64,000 nucleotides of DNA from Specibacter sp. (GCA_039932175.1 JBDTQM010000002.1:136-64135); one strand, 5' to 3'. Shown: positions 19,655 through 29,840, counted from the stretch's first letter. Numbers and translations are program-made. The notes: generated from the letters alone by a model not told the origin.

Positions 19655-20965
19655 CTAGTCCCCTTTCTTGGTTATGGTGCGGGCGGCGACCTTCTCAAAT
19701 TCATGATCCATGCGGCTCAGGAAATCTGATTGCTTGCCATCGAGGACAAATTGCTGCAGGAGCGGTGCCAGGGGGATGCTTGGCGGCACGTGGTGGTCGA
19801 AGTAGCCGATCACCCGTCCGTCCTTGAAGAAGCCCTGCATGCCGGCCAATGCCGGATCGGTGCTGGCTGCGGCATCCTTGACAGGAGTCAGTGACGACTG
19901 CGCGGCAGCGTAGTAGTCCAGGACAGCGGGGGACATGAGGTACTCAACGAACTTCTTGGCTTCGGCGGGGTGTTTGGTGTCCTTGCCGATGGCCAGCGCC
20001 ACATCGACCCCGGAGACCAGGGTGTTCTTGGCCGGATCGTTGGTGGTGGGGTAGGGGAAGGACTTGATCTTCGCATCCGGGTTACCCGCGCGGATGGCCG
20101 GGATGGCGAAGCTGCCCTGCAGGTACATGGCGGACTTGCCGGCCCCAAACGCCGCGTTGCCGTCGTTGTAGCCGGCGCTCTCGGCGCCGGTCTGGACGTA
20201 GCTGAACAGCTTTTGCAGTTTCGTGGCAGCTTCGCCGCCGCTCTTTTCAAAACTGTACCGCCCCGAATCTGCGGTCCAGCCGGCCGAACGAACATCGTCA
20301 AAGAAGTCCGCCGGCATCAGGCTGCCGGCAAGATTTACATACGAGGGCAGCACCGTCCAAGCGTCCTTCAAAGTCATGTAGAACGGGTTGACGCCGTTGG
20401 CCTTAAACTTATCCGCCGCGGCGATCAGTTCATCCCAGGTCTGCGGCACATCCACGCCATACTTGGCGAAGATCTCCGGGTTGTACAGGACACCGCTGGC
20501 GTTGTTGGCAAACGGCAGGCCGTTTGTCTCGTTGCCGTGACAGGTGCCCAAACCGTTCAGGATGTCCTGCACGGAGGGAATGACCCGCGCAGCTGACGGC
20601 ATCTGCGACAGATCCGCAAACACGCAAGCCTTTGCCAGGTCACCAAAGTTGCCGTTGCCGTTCAAGGTCATGACATCGGGTGTCTTGTCCTTGACCAGCA
20701 GGGTTCGGATGGCTGTGTCCGGGTCCGGGACATTGTTGATGACAACGTCGATGTTCGGGTTTGCCGCCTCAAAATCGGCAACGATCTTGGTGAACTGGGC
20801 CACGGCTTCGGGCTTGAACTGGAAGAAATCGAGCTTGACGCGGCCGTCGTTGGCGGGGCCGCAGCCGCTCAGGCTCATGGCGAGGGCCAGGACGACGGCG
20901 GCACTTGCCACAGCCTTCCCCGGCCGCTTGCGCAGCGCCTGGCTTGAGCGTTGGGTGGTTTTCAT
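19655..20965 (-). CDS. Sugar ABC substrate-binding lipoprotein (MsmE-like)
   Basis: Lipobox LSGC; DFEAANPNIDV; YNPEIFAKYGVDVPQTWDEL; FGAGKSAMYLQG. Confidence 0.9.
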   Translation of the reverse strand: MKTTQRSSQALRKRPGKAVASAAVVLALAMSLSGCGPANDGRVKLDFFQFKPEAVAQFTKIVADFEAANPNIDVVINNVPDPDTAIRTLLVKDKTPDVMTLNGNGNFGDLAKACVFADLSQMPSAARVIPSVQDILNGLGTCHGNETNGLPFANNASGVLYNPEIFAKYGVDVPQTWDELIAAADKFKANGVNPFYMTLKDAWTVLPSYVNLAGSLMPADFFDDVRSAGWTADSGRYSFEKSGGEAATKLQKLFSYVQTGAESAGYNDGNAAFGAGKSAMYLQGSFAIPAIRAGNPDAKIKSFPYPTTNDPAKNTLVSGVDVALAIGKDTKHPAEAKKFVEYLMSPAVLDYYAAAQSSLTPVKDAAASTDPALAGMQGFFKDGRVIGYFDHHVPPSIPLAPLLQQFVLDGKQSDFLSRMDHEFEKVAARTITKKGD

Positions 20966-20974
20966 GCAAACTCC

Positions 20975-23128
20975 TTAGCTGGCCCGGGCAGGATCGACGT
21001 CGACCCTGGTGAGCATGATGAGCACTGATTGTTCGGGGAAGAGGACGGGGGCGGCAATGCCCACGTTCTCCAAGACACGGCCGGACAGCACGCAGTCGCT
21101 CAGCGGCCACGCCAGGGGTGACTGGCCGTTGCCCACTTCCTCATCGAGGGGATGGGAAAGCGTGAGCTGGTAGCGGCCCTCCGGTGACAGGCCGGGAATC
21201 GTGACCCGTCCGGAGGGGTAGGTGATGGAGGCTTCGCGTTGGGTGAGGGCAAAGACTGCGCGCTCGCCGTTGCCGGCCACCACACCGCGCAGGTCCAAGG
21301 CCGTATCGGCAAGATCGGCGTGCACCGAGGAGCCTGAGTGGAACAGTTCCCGGTTGTCCTTGTGGAAGGCCACCCAGCCGGCCAGTTCGGCGGTTTGTTC
21401 GGCACTGATGTGCGCAATGTTCCATTCGATGCCGAAGTGGCCAAAGATGGCTGTCCGGGCCATGAAGCCGAGGCTGTGCTGGCGGCGGGTGGAGTGCGAC
21501 TGGGGGCCGCCAATGTGGGCGCCCATCAACTCGTAGGGGACCAGCAGGGAAGTGTTTTCCTGGTTGTCGAGCCTTTCGATGGGATCGATGCAGTCGCTGG
21601 TCCAGATCCTGTCCGTGAACTCCAAGATGCCAAGATCCACGCGGGCACCGCCGGAGGCGCAGCTTTCAATTTCCAGGCCGGGGTGGCGGGCCTTCAGCTC
21701 CGCCAGCAACCGGTACAGGGCCAGTGTGGTTGCCCGGACGGAGGCACGGCCGGTGCGGGGATCGGAGGCATCGAGCAGGTCCCTGTTGTGGTCCCACTTG
21801 ATGTAGCTGATGGGGTATTCGGCCAAGATGGCATCAATGCGCCCCAGGAGGTAGTCGAAGCACTCGGGGTGCGCCAGGTTGAGCACCTGCTGCTGCCGAG
21901 CACTGACGGGCCAGCGGCCGTCCGTGTGCAGGATCCACTCCGGATGGTTGCGGGCCAGGTCGCTGTCGGGGTTGACCATTTCGGGTTCAAACCACAGGCC
22001 GAACTCCATGCCAAGGTTGGTGACGTGGTTGATGATGGGCCCCAGGCCGTCGGCCCACACTGCCGGGTCAACAAACCAGTCACCCAAGCCTGCGGTGTCG
22101 TCGCGGCGGCCCAGGAACCAGCCGTCGTCGAGCACAAAGCGTTCAACACCAATCGCGGCAGCCTTGTTGGCCAGTACCTGAAGTGTGCTCAGGTCGTGGT
22201 CAAAGTAGACGGCCTCCCAAGTGTTCAAGGTGACAGGGCGGGGGCGTGTGGGGTGTGCCGCGCGTTCGCGCAGATCCGCGTGGAAGCGGGCGGAGAGCTC
22301 ATCCAAACCGTGACCCCAGGAGCCGAGCGCCCACGGGGTGGAGTAGCTTTCGCCGGGCCCCAGCGTCACTTCCCCGGGCAGCAGCAGCTCGGCGGCGGTG
22401 AGGAAGTTCTCGCTGGTGATGGTGCGTTCGGCGCTGAGCCTGTGGTTCCCGCTCCAGGCCAGGTGCACGCCGTGGACCAGGCCGCTGCGGTGGCCAAAGC
22501 CTGCCGAACCGGCCAGCATCAGCAGTGTGGAATCGGCGCCCGGGCGTCCGCGGCGGCTCTCCCTGACGTGCGCACCGACGGTGAGGGGGCGCTGCTGGGA
22601 GGAGCGTTCCTTCAAGTGCCGGCCTGTGGTGTCCTGGATGGTCGCTGCCGTGGCGGGGAGCGGGAAAACGGTGCCCAGCTGGTGCAGCTGGTAGTCGCCG
22701 GCACCAACATTGCTCAGGGTGTGGCGCTGGTGCAGGACGCCGTGGGTGCTCAGGGCCAGTTCCGTGACCAGCTCAAGCCCGGCCGCAGAATCCTGGGCCG
22801 TGATGGTCAGGGCGTGGTCCCCAAGCGCCACTTGGGACGTGGCCAGGGCGCTGGACCAGGCCGTGCCTGAGCGCTGACCGAGCAGCGCGGGGGAGCCCTG
22901 CCAGCCAAAGACTTCCTGGGGCAGCAGGGTCAGTCGGGCCGGGATGTCGATGCCGCCGGAGACGCGTTGGGACGCTGCCGCCGTGGCTGTGGCTGCCAGC
23001 TCGGATTCTGTCAGGATGCCGGTGGCCGGCCCCCAATGGATGATGGTGGGGATGCCTGCCGTGCCCAAGTCAACGATGACAGAGGTGCCGCCGCGATGCA
23101 GCTGGGTGTAAGAAGATTCAAAACTCAT
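20975..23128 (-). CDS. GH36 alpha-galactosidase
   Basis: LNTWEAVYFD, FVLDDGWF, GLWFEPEMVN, YIKWDHNRD, ESCASGGAR, WTSDCIDP. Confidence 0.93.
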   Translation of the reverse strand: MSFESSYTQLHRGGTSVIVDLGTAGIPTIIHWGPATGILTESELAATATAAASQRVSGGIDIPARLTLLPQEVFGWQGSPALLGQRSGTAWSSALATSQVALGDHALTITAQDSAAGLELVTELALSTHGVLHQRHTLSNVGAGDYQLHQLGTVFPLPATAATIQDTTGRHLKERSSQQRPLTVGAHVRESRRGRPGADSTLLMLAGSAGFGHRSGLVHGVHLAWSGNHRLSAERTITSENFLTAAELLLPGEVTLGPGESYSTPWALGSWGHGLDELSARFHADLRERAAHPTRPRPVTLNTWEAVYFDHDLSTLQVLANKAAAIGVERFVLDDGWFLGRRDDTAGLGDWFVDPAVWADGLGPIINHVTNLGMEFGLWFEPEMVNPDSDLARNHPEWILHTDGRWPVSARQQQVLNLAHPECFDYLLGRIDAILAEYPISYIKWDHNRDLLDASDPRTGRASVRATTLALYRLLAELKARHPGLEIESCASGGARVDLGILEFTDRIWTSDCIDPIERLDNQENTSLLVPYELMGAHIGGPQSHSTRRQHSLGFMARTAIFGHFGIEWNIAHISAEQTAELAGWVAFHKDNRELFHSGSSVHADLADTALDLRGVVAGNGERAVFALTQREASITYPSGRVTIPGLSPEGRYQLTLSHPLDEEVGNGQSPLAWPLSDCVLSGRVLENVGIAAPVLFPEQSVLIMLTRVDVDPARAS

Positions 23129-23131
23129 GTA

Positions 23132-23164
23132 TTAGTTTTACCGCGAAAGTAATTGCAGTGTCAA
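23132..23164 (-). promoter_or_regulatory. Alpha-galactosidase promoter overlapped by a ROK-type palindromic operator
   Basis: TTGACA (23164-23159, minus) with TAAAAC 18 nt later, 6 nt before ATG 23128; palindrome TTAGTTT-N7-AAAGTAA at 23132-23152. Confidence 0.5.
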
Positions 23165-23234
23165 GAGTCACTTTGTTGTCGCAAAAGTGGCCGTGGCTGC
23201 CTCGATTAGATGCAAACTGCAATAAACTAGGTCC

Positions 23235-24407
23235 ATGAACTCCGTCTTTCCGCTGTCAGCCCGCCCGCAGCAGCCCAAAAACATTGCCGCGCTCGCAGAC
23301 TCGGCCCTTGAGCTGGCGCGGCTGGTGCTGGTGCGGGGCCCCATTTCCCGCGGCGAGCTGGCGCAGGAGCTCAAACTCAGCGTGGCGAGCCTGACCCGGC
23401 TCAGCAAGCCGTTGCTCGATGCCGGCCTCCTTGTTGAGGGGGAATTGGTGGCCGACGGCACCGTGGGGCGGCCCGTGAGGCTGCTGGATGTGCGTGGGGA
23501 CAGCGCCCATTTTGTGGGTGTCAAGGTCACCGGCGACCTCCTGCAGGCAGTGCTGACGGACATGCGGGCCACCATCGCAGCCGTTGCAACCCTGCCACTG
23601 GCTGAAACGTCGCCCGAGGCCGTAGTGGCGGGGATTGTGGAATTGGTGGAGCGCCTGAGTGAGCAGGAAGGCGTGATACTGACCGGCGTCGGGGTCTCGC
23701 TGGGCGGGCAGGTCCGTCCCGACGGCGTGGTGCACAGGGCGCCGTTCCTTGGCTGGAAGGATGTGCCGCTGGCCCAAATGCTGGCACAGCAGATGGGCCT
23801 GCCGGTGGTGGCTGACAACGACGTGAGCGCACTGGCGGCCGCCGAGCAGTGGTTTGGCGCCGGCAGGGAAACCGCCGATTTCGCCGTCATCACCATTGGT
23901 GCCGGTGTTGGCTACGGCCTGGTGATTCGCGACCACGTCAGGCGCACGGTGGACACCGGGCTGGGCCTGGGCGGGCACTTCCCGCTGGACCCCAACGGCC
24001 CCTTGTGCATGGACGGGCACCGGGGCTGCTCCACCGCCATGCTGTCCATTCCCAGTATTTGCGCACAGATTTCAACGGCGTTGGGGCGCCCTGTCACCTA
24101 CGGCCAGGCGCTGGAACTCGCTGCCGGCGGCAACCGCGTGGCGGAAGCCGTTATTGCGGCTGCAGCCAGGGGGCTGGGCAAATTGATAGCCGCAACAGCC
24201 AACCTGACCATGGTCAACACGGTGGTGCTGGGCGGGGAGGGGATAGCCCTGTTCGCGGCCACGGAGTCCACGGTGCGCGCGGCCCTTGCCGCGGACAGGG
24301 ACCCGGAAGCGGAGGCTGTGACCCTGCAGGTGGCCTCGGCGGACTTCACCGAATGGGCCCGGGGTGCGGCAGCTGTGGCCATCCAGGCCCAGGCGTTCAT
24401 CGTCTAG
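23235..24407 (+). CDS. ROK family transcriptional repressor
   Basis: N-terminal HTH (GPISRGELAQELKLSVASLTRL), NDVSALA, TIGAGVGYG, Zn motif GHFPLDPNGPLCMDGHRGC; divergent from the sugar operon. Confidence 0.92.
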   Translation: MNSVFPLSARPQQPKNIAALADSALELARLVLVRGPISRGELAQELKLSVASLTRLSKPLLDAGLLVEGELVADGTVGRPVRLLDVRGDSAHFVGVKVTGDLLQAVLTDMRATIAAVATLPLAETSPEAVVAGIVELVERLSEQEGVILTGVGVSLGGQVRPDGVVHRAPFLGWKDVPLAQMLAQQMGLPVVADNDVSALAAAEQWFGAGRETADFAVITIGAGVGYGLVIRDHVRRTVDTGLGLGGHFPLDPNGPLCMDGHRGCSTAMLSIPSICAQISTALGRPVTYGQALELAAGGNRVAEAVIAAAARGLGKLIAATANLTMVNTVVLGGEGIALFAATESTVRAALAADRDPEAEAVTLQVASADFTEWARGAAAVAIQAQAFIV

Positions 24408-24479
24408 TACGGCAAAAACTTTTCCCGCGCAGGAACGGGCCATGGGCTAGCATGGCAGAAACGCGAGGAGGCGGCCGCC

Positions 24480-25016
24480 GTGCCCAGAATGTTCGGCCTG
24501 AGACGATCCATGCACGCCGTTGGCTCGAAGCTTGCCCTGACGGCTCTTCTGCTCTCCGTTGTGGCGGTGGTTGCCGGGTGCGCACAGCAGCAGCCCGGCG
24601 CAGATGCCACCGGCACCCCAACATCGCCGGTCAGTGTCCGGTCCGGAACCGCAACGCCGCCGGCCGCGGACATCGAGCTGACCATCACGTTGACCGAATC
24701 GCCGGGGGCAGCACCGCGCACGTTCCGGCTCGTGGCCGACGGGTCAACACCGGCGCCGGAATCCACCCTGCCCGACTCCGCCGCGGCACTGGCCGCCGTG
24801 GAACTGCACGGCGAAAAGATCTTCTTCGCCCTGCCGGATCCAAACCGTGTTTGCACCCAGCAATACGGCGGGCCGCAGCTCTCGGTGGTCACCGGCTGGT
24901 TCCATGGCAGGGAAGTCAACGCCGCCTTCAGCCGCACCGACGGCTGCGAAATTGCACGGTGGCAGGCACTGGCACCGTTGTTCGGCGCGCTGGCAGGCGG
25001 CACTGGCGCCATCTAG
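24480..25016 (+). CDS. Lipoprotein with a subtilisin-inhibitor (SSI)-like domain
   Basis: Lipobox VVAGC; C-terminal RVCTQQYGGPQLSVVTGWFHGREVNAAFSRTDGCEIARW matches the SSI reactive-loop/second-disulfide region. Start could be 24510. Confidence 0.7.
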   Translation: MPRMFGLRRSMHAVGSKLALTALLLSVVAVVAGCAQQQPGADATGTPTSPVSVRSGTATPPAADIELTITLTESPGAAPRTFRLVADGSTPAPESTLPDSAAALAAVELHGEKIFFALPDPNRVCTQQYGGPQLSVVTGWFHGREVNAAFSRTDGCEIARWQALAPLFGALAGGTGAI

Positions 25017-25035
25017 AATCCTCCCAACCCATCCA

Positions 25036-25082
25036 CGTACGACGGCGGCCATCCAGACTTGCGAGATGGCCGCCGTCGTACG
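25036..25082. terminator. 18-bp inverted repeat between the convergent inhibitor and protease genes
   Basis: CGTACGACGGCGGCCATC-N11-GATGGCCGCCGTCGTACG. Confidence 0.7.
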
Positions 25083-25117
25083 GTGAAAGTGTCTGCAGGG
25101 CTCAGCCGCCCTGGACC

Positions 25118-28100
25118 TTACAACAACAGGTCCGTGGGCGCCTGGCTGGTGGGGAACTCCTGCTTCTTGCCCTTCATCGGCTTGTCCTTGTGCTTGCCGG
25201 TGCCCTCCGGCTCCGGAACCACTGCTGTGCCGCCCGGCGTTACGATCACGGAGACAAACGTTGCCGTGCCGGCGCCGCCAAAGGCAACCCGGCCCAGGTA
25301 GTTGCCCGGGGCCAGCCCGTGCCAGTTCAGTGTCACGTTGCCGGAGTTGCCGTTGGCCAGCTTCAGCGGGTTCGGAGCCACCGTGGCATTGCCGGCGTTG
25401 GCACCGAGAATCGCGGCGTCAACAGTGGCCTTCACGGCGCCCCCGCCGGGGCTGGAGTACAGGTTGGCGAGCACCGTGTAGGTGCCGGGGGGCGGGTTGA
25501 CCAGCGACAGTGTTTCGCTGGAGGACGCCGTCCGGACATCGCTGTATTGGCCCTGCGGGTTGAAGACGATCATGTCGTAATCGGCGTCGTCGTTGGAGGA
25601 GATGACCTGGAACTTGGCCAGTTCAGTTCCTTTCGGAACCACCACCTCCTTGAGGTAGTTGGCGGCGTTGGTGGCCACGGCGAGCGGGCCGGGCACCAGC
25701 TCAACCGCGCTGGAATCCGCCTTGGAGAGGCCGTTGAGGGTCAGTGCCACGGGCGCGTTGGTGCCGGAAACCACCGGAATTTTGCCGCTGCCGGTGCCCT
25801 TGGCCGTGCTGAAGGTGATCTCCGGCGCCACCAGGGCCGCCAGCGGACGGACGGCCACCGGTGACGTCACCATGGTGCCCGCCCCCTGCCAGCTCAGGCT
25901 GCCCATGGCGAAGGCGCCCAGGGCGGCGCCGGCGTTTTCAAAGGTGACCTTGAAGGTGCGCTGCTGGCCGGCCTGAGGGAAGTTCAGCACCGAGGGGGTG
26001 ACTTTGACGTTGACGCCGGGGACGTTGGTCGTGGCCCGGTAGGTGCCGGCCGTCAGGGCCGTGACTGTGCGGGTGACAGTGACCTTGCCTGCCAAACTGC
26101 CCACGGCGAAGGACGCCACGTTCATGTCCCGCGTGGCGGTGCTGCCTAGCCCCGGCATGCCCAGGTCGATTCCGGTGCCCTGAATGAACTTCAGGTATTC
26201 GGTGTCGCCGGCGTCGTACACCAGCCCGGGGGTGAGGGCCTTGACCACGGCGGTCTGGCCGGCGCCGGTGGCAAAGACGTCGGTGTTCTTGCTGCCGTCC
26301 CCGTTCACCACGTTGGTGGCCGTTGTCATCATGGCCGATTTCACGGCGGCCGGTGACCACGTGGGGTTCTTGGCCATCAGGAGTGCGCCAAAGCCGGCAA
26401 CATGCGGTGCTGCCATGGACGTTCCGGACATCATGCCGAACTGGTCGCCGCCGGTGGCAATGGGTGAAACGCCTGCCAGCACGGCAACGCCGGGCGCGGC
26501 GACGTCGGGCTTGAGCAGGTCCGAATTTGTGGCTCCGAGCGGGCCGCGCGAGGAGAATCCTGCCACCTGCGGCTGCGGGGCAACCGGCAGCCCGGTGGTG
26601 TCGCTGTCAACCAGGGACACCAAAATGTCCGGGTTGGCCGCGACCTTGTCCTTGATGAGCTGCGTTGCCGGCGGGTTCACATGAACTGTGGGCACCGCGT
26701 GCAGGTCCACGTCCTCGGAGGATGCGCTGACGTTGGTGAGGATCATGCCCACCCCGCCTGCCCGCTTGACCTCGGCGCTCTTGGCGGTGCGGTCGATCAC
26801 GCCGCGATCACACACCACAACCTTGCCAGCCACTTTCGCGGCATCCAAGGTGTTGGGGCCGCACAGTTCGGGGTTGGCTGCACCGGCAGCGGCAGCCGTG
26901 GCCGCCAGGGTTACGTGGCTTGCCGGAACCTTCTGGTCCATCATGCTGGCGCCGCGGAACTTGGTGCCGTCGGAGAACTCCGCCGTGCCCTGGAGCTCGG
27001 AGGAGAAGGACGTGGCAGCCACCGTGGTCAGCCACGGGGCGCCGTGGTTGACGGTGCCTGCCGTGGGGCCGGAGTTGCCGGCCGATGCCGCCACGAAAAT
27101 TCCGGCCGAGGTGGCCGAGAGGAACGCGAGGGAAACGGGGTCCGTGGTGGAGGAGGTACTGCCCGAGATGGAGTAGTTCAGCACGTCCACGCCGTCAAGG
27201 ATGGCCTGGTTGATGGCCGCGACGGCGGCGGAGGAATAGCAGCCGCCCGTGGCCGGGTCGGTGTCCTCCCAACAAATTTTGTATACGGAGAGCTTCGCGG
27301 CAGGGGCCACGCCGCTGGTGATGCCCATGCTGCGGTCACCAATTTTTGCCGCCACATTGGCGTTGCCGGCGGCCGTGCTGCCGGTGTGGGTGCCATGGCT
27401 GGCAACGTCCACGGGGGACAGGACCTCGTTCGGGGCGCGGTCCCCGGCCGGCACGGAAGTCAGGAAGTCATCGGCGAAGTAGTGGGCGCTGAGCACCTTG
27501 GAATTGCAGGCGGTGCCGTCAAAATCGGCTCCCGAGTCGACGCCTTTTTGGCACTCTCCGGTGAACGTGTCGCCGTTGGCCTTGAGCATGGAAATCGTGC
27601 CGTCGTCGTTCCGGTACGGGACGCCAACCTTCGGGTTGCCTTTCAGCGGCAGGACTTTCTCGCCGGCGAAGAACGGGCTCGACGGCGTGTAGCCGGTGTC
27701 GATGATGCCAACCACTACGCCTTTGCCGGCCTTGTTCTGCCCGCCGAAGCTGGTGTTCCAGCTGCCTTTCTTGCCGCTGAGGCCAAGGAAATCGGTGCTG
27801 GAATAGTCGGGTGCATTTTCGGTGTCGGGGGCCACGGCCAGGACACCGGGGTCCTTGGCCAGGGCCAGCGCCTGATCGGCCGAAAGGTTTGCGGAGAAGC
27901 CGTTCAACGCGGCCGTGAACGTGCGCTTGACCTTGACGTTTTCGGTCTTGGCAACGGCGGCCTGCCTTTTCTCCAGATGGGCCTTGTACTTCTTGACCTC
28001 GGACCGTGTGGCGTCCAGCTTTTGCCCGGCCTGCGGTTTGGTGGGGGCAAGGCCGGCCGTGCCGCCACTGTACATGGCGATGGGCTGCTCGGCGAGGATT

Positions 28101-28294
28101 ACAATGTAGCGTCCGGGCTGGTAGTTGAGCGGACCGGAATCCGTTTGGGAGGTGCCGGGCAGGGCGTGCTGGCTCGGGTTGGCCGACGCCGGCGGTGCCC
28201 CCACCGTGCCAAGAAGCAACGGCAGGGCCGCGCAAAGGGCGATGGCCTTTCGTGTTCCCGGGCTTCGAAAGAGAGTTCTTCCCGTTCGTTTCAT
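25118..28294 (-). CDS. Secreted S8 subtilase (I9 prodomain, PA insert, Fn3-like and C-terminal accessory domains)
   Basis: Signal peptide; catalytic triad GIIDTG / SHGTHTGSTAAG / GTSMAAPHVAG; PA motif GKVVVCDRG; ATG 28294. Confidence 0.93.
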   Translation of the reverse strand: MKRTGRTLFRSPGTRKAIALCAALPLLLGTVGAPPASANPSQHALPGTSQTDSGPLNYQPGRYIVILAEQPIAMYSGGTAGLAPTKPQAGQKLDATRSEVKKYKAHLEKRQAAVAKTENVKVKRTFTAALNGFSANLSADQALALAKDPGVLAVAPDTENAPDYSSTDFLGLSGKKGSWNTSFGGQNKAGKGVVVGIIDTGYTPSSPFFAGEKVLPLKGNPKVGVPYRNDDGTISMLKANGDTFTGECQKGVDSGADFDGTACNSKVLSAHYFADDFLTSVPAGDRAPNEVLSPVDVASHGTHTGSTAAGNANVAAKIGDRSMGITSGVAPAAKLSVYKICWEDTDPATGGCYSSAAVAAINQAILDGVDVLNYSISGSTSSTTDPVSLAFLSATSAGIFVAASAGNSGPTAGTVNHGAPWLTTVAATSFSSELQGTAEFSDGTKFRGASMMDQKVPASHVTLAATAAAAGAANPELCGPNTLDAAKVAGKVVVCDRGVIDRTAKSAEVKRAGGVGMILTNVSASSEDVDLHAVPTVHVNPPATQLIKDKVAANPDILVSLVDSDTTGLPVAPQPQVAGFSSRGPLGATNSDLLKPDVAAPGVAVLAGVSPIATGGDQFGMMSGTSMAAPHVAGFGALLMAKNPTWSPAAVKSAMMTTATNVVNGDGSKNTDVFATGAGQTAVVKALTPGLVYDAGDTEYLKFIQGTGIDLGMPGLGSTATRDMNVASFAVGSLAGKVTVTRTVTALTAGTYRATTNVPGVNVKVTPSVLNFPQAGQQRTFKVTFENAGAALGAFAMGSLSWQGAGTMVTSPVAVRPLAALVAPEITFSTAKGTGSGKIPVVSGTNAPVALTLNGLSKADSSAVELVPGPLAVATNAANYLKEVVVPKGTELAKFQVISSNDDADYDMIVFNPQGQYSDVRTASSSETLSLVNPPPGTYTVLANLYSSPGGGAVKATVDAAILGANAGNATVAPNPLKLANGNSGNVTLNWHGLAPGNYLGRVAFGGAGTATFVSVIVTPGGTAVVPEPEGTGKHKDKPMKGKKQEFPTSQAPTDLLL

Positions 28295-28589
28295 GGTGCT
28301 GTGACCTTTCAACAGGATCTCCGCCAGGCGTCTTGCCGGGCGGGTGCAACATGGCGGGCCGGCAGGCATCCCAAAGTGATGAGAGGCGCAGTGAGCCGTC
28401 GCAGCCAACGAAGAAAGGCTACCGAGCAGTAGGGTGCGTGTGGGCTGGAACACAGTGGAAAGGCCGCGGATTGGCCAAAGAGGCAGGGGCTTGCTTGCGC
28501 GGGCCTAACCCAACGTACGACGGCGGCAGGCCGCCATGTCCGCACGGCTCAACTGCGGGCCGGCGAACGAACGGGACTGAAACACGCCG

Positions 28590-29840
28590 CTAGCAGCCCG
28601 GCGGGGCCTCGTACTGGTATTTCAAGGCCAGGTCGTAGCTGAGAATTGTCTGCGCAGCTGTATTTTCCCAGCCAAACGACTCGGCAAAAACCGAGGCGGC
28701 CCGGCCCATGTCTGCCCGGGTTTCACCAAAGTCGTGCAGTGAGGCGATGGCGTTGGCCCACAGGACAGGAGACCGGCCGTCCACCAAAAGGCCCGTGCGG
28801 CCGTCGCTGACAGCCCGTGGCAGGCCGCCCACGTTGGTGGCAACCACGGGTGTGCCACAGGCCTGGGCCTCCAGCGCCACCAGGCCAAAGGATTCGCTGG
28901 AGGACGGCACCGCCACAACGTCGGCGCTCCTGTACCAATGGGCCAGCTCCTCCGGCCCCACGGGCGGGTGGATGGCGGCAATGCCGGACAGCCCGGCGTC
29001 GTCAATCAGGCGGGCCAGGTCATACTTGTCGTTGCCGCTGCGGGCGCCCAGAAAAGTCAGTTGCAGGTCAATGTCGGGCCGTTCCGCCCGCAGCAGGGCG
29101 GCCGCCTTGACCAGCACATGGGGGCCCTTGAGCCGTTGCAAACGGCCGGCAAAAAGCACATGGAAACGCCTAGGGGCGATGCCCAGGTCCTGCCGCGACC
29201 TGTCCCGGAATGCCGGTTTGAAGACTTTCAGGTCAACACCGGGGGAGACGATGTCGATGCGCTGCTCGCAGCCGTCGTAGTGCCCTTCAAGTTCGGCCGC
29301 CTCGGCGGTGGTGTTGGCAATCAGGCGCGTGGCGGCGGCCACAATGTGCTGCTCGCCGTCCACGCGGATGCCGGGTTCAGCGGTTTGGCCAGCCGGCAGG
29401 TTGTGGTTCTTGACCCGCGCCATGGTGTGCATGGTGTGCACCAGCGGCAGGTCAAGGCGTTTGGCCACCAAAATCCCGGCCATCCCGGACACCCAATAGT
29501 GGGAATGAATCACTTTGACGGGAACTCCGGGGAGGGATTCCACCTGGGCGGCAACGGCGTCGGCCATTTCGTGGATGAGCTCCGGCAGCGCCTCCTTGGA
29601 GATCTTGGCGAACGGGCCGGCAGTGATGTGGTGGACGGTGACGGCAGGGGCCAGCGCCACCGTGTCCGGCTGGGCGGGCGCCGTGCGGCGGGTGTAAATA
29701 TCAACAGCCACGCCGGTGGCAGCCAATTCAAGGGCCAAATGGAGGACGTAGACGTTCATGCCGCCGGCGTCGCCGCCGCCTGGCTGCTCCAAAGGGGAAG
29801 TGTGCAAGGAGAGCATGGCGACGCGTCGAATCTGATGCAT
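28590..29840 (-). CDS. mshA: D-inositol-3-phosphate glycosyltransferase
   Basis: SLHTSPLEQPGGGDAGGMNVYV, HSHYWVSG, VHTMHTMARVKN, GRLQRLKGP, ESFGLVALEAQACGTPV. Confidence 0.93.
   Translation of the reverse strand: MHQIRRVAMLSLHTSPLEQPGGGDAGGMNVYVLHLALELAATGVAVDIYTRRTAPAQPDTVALAPAVTVHHITAGPFAKISKEALPELIHEMADAVAAQVESLPGVPVKVIHSHYWVSGMAGILVAKRLDLPLVHTMHTMARVKNHNLPAGQTAEPGIRVDGEQHIVAAATRLIANTTAEAAELEGHYDGCEQRIDIVSPGVDLKVFKPAFRDRSRQDLGIAPRRFHVLFAGRLQRLKGPHVLVKAAALLRAERPDIDLQLTFLGARSGNDKYDLARLIDDAGLSGIAAIHPPVGPEELAHWYRSADVVAVPSSSESFGLVALEAQACGTPVVATNVGGLPRAVSDGRTGLLVDGRSPVLWANAIASLHDFGETRADMGRAASVFAESFGWENTAAQTILSYDLALKYQYEAPPGC

Noticed and set aside
21338-28432. Long alternative-frame ORFs (21338-22870, 23849-25864, 26681-28432)
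   Set aside because: They overlap well-supported genes and are low-complexity GC-frame artefacts.
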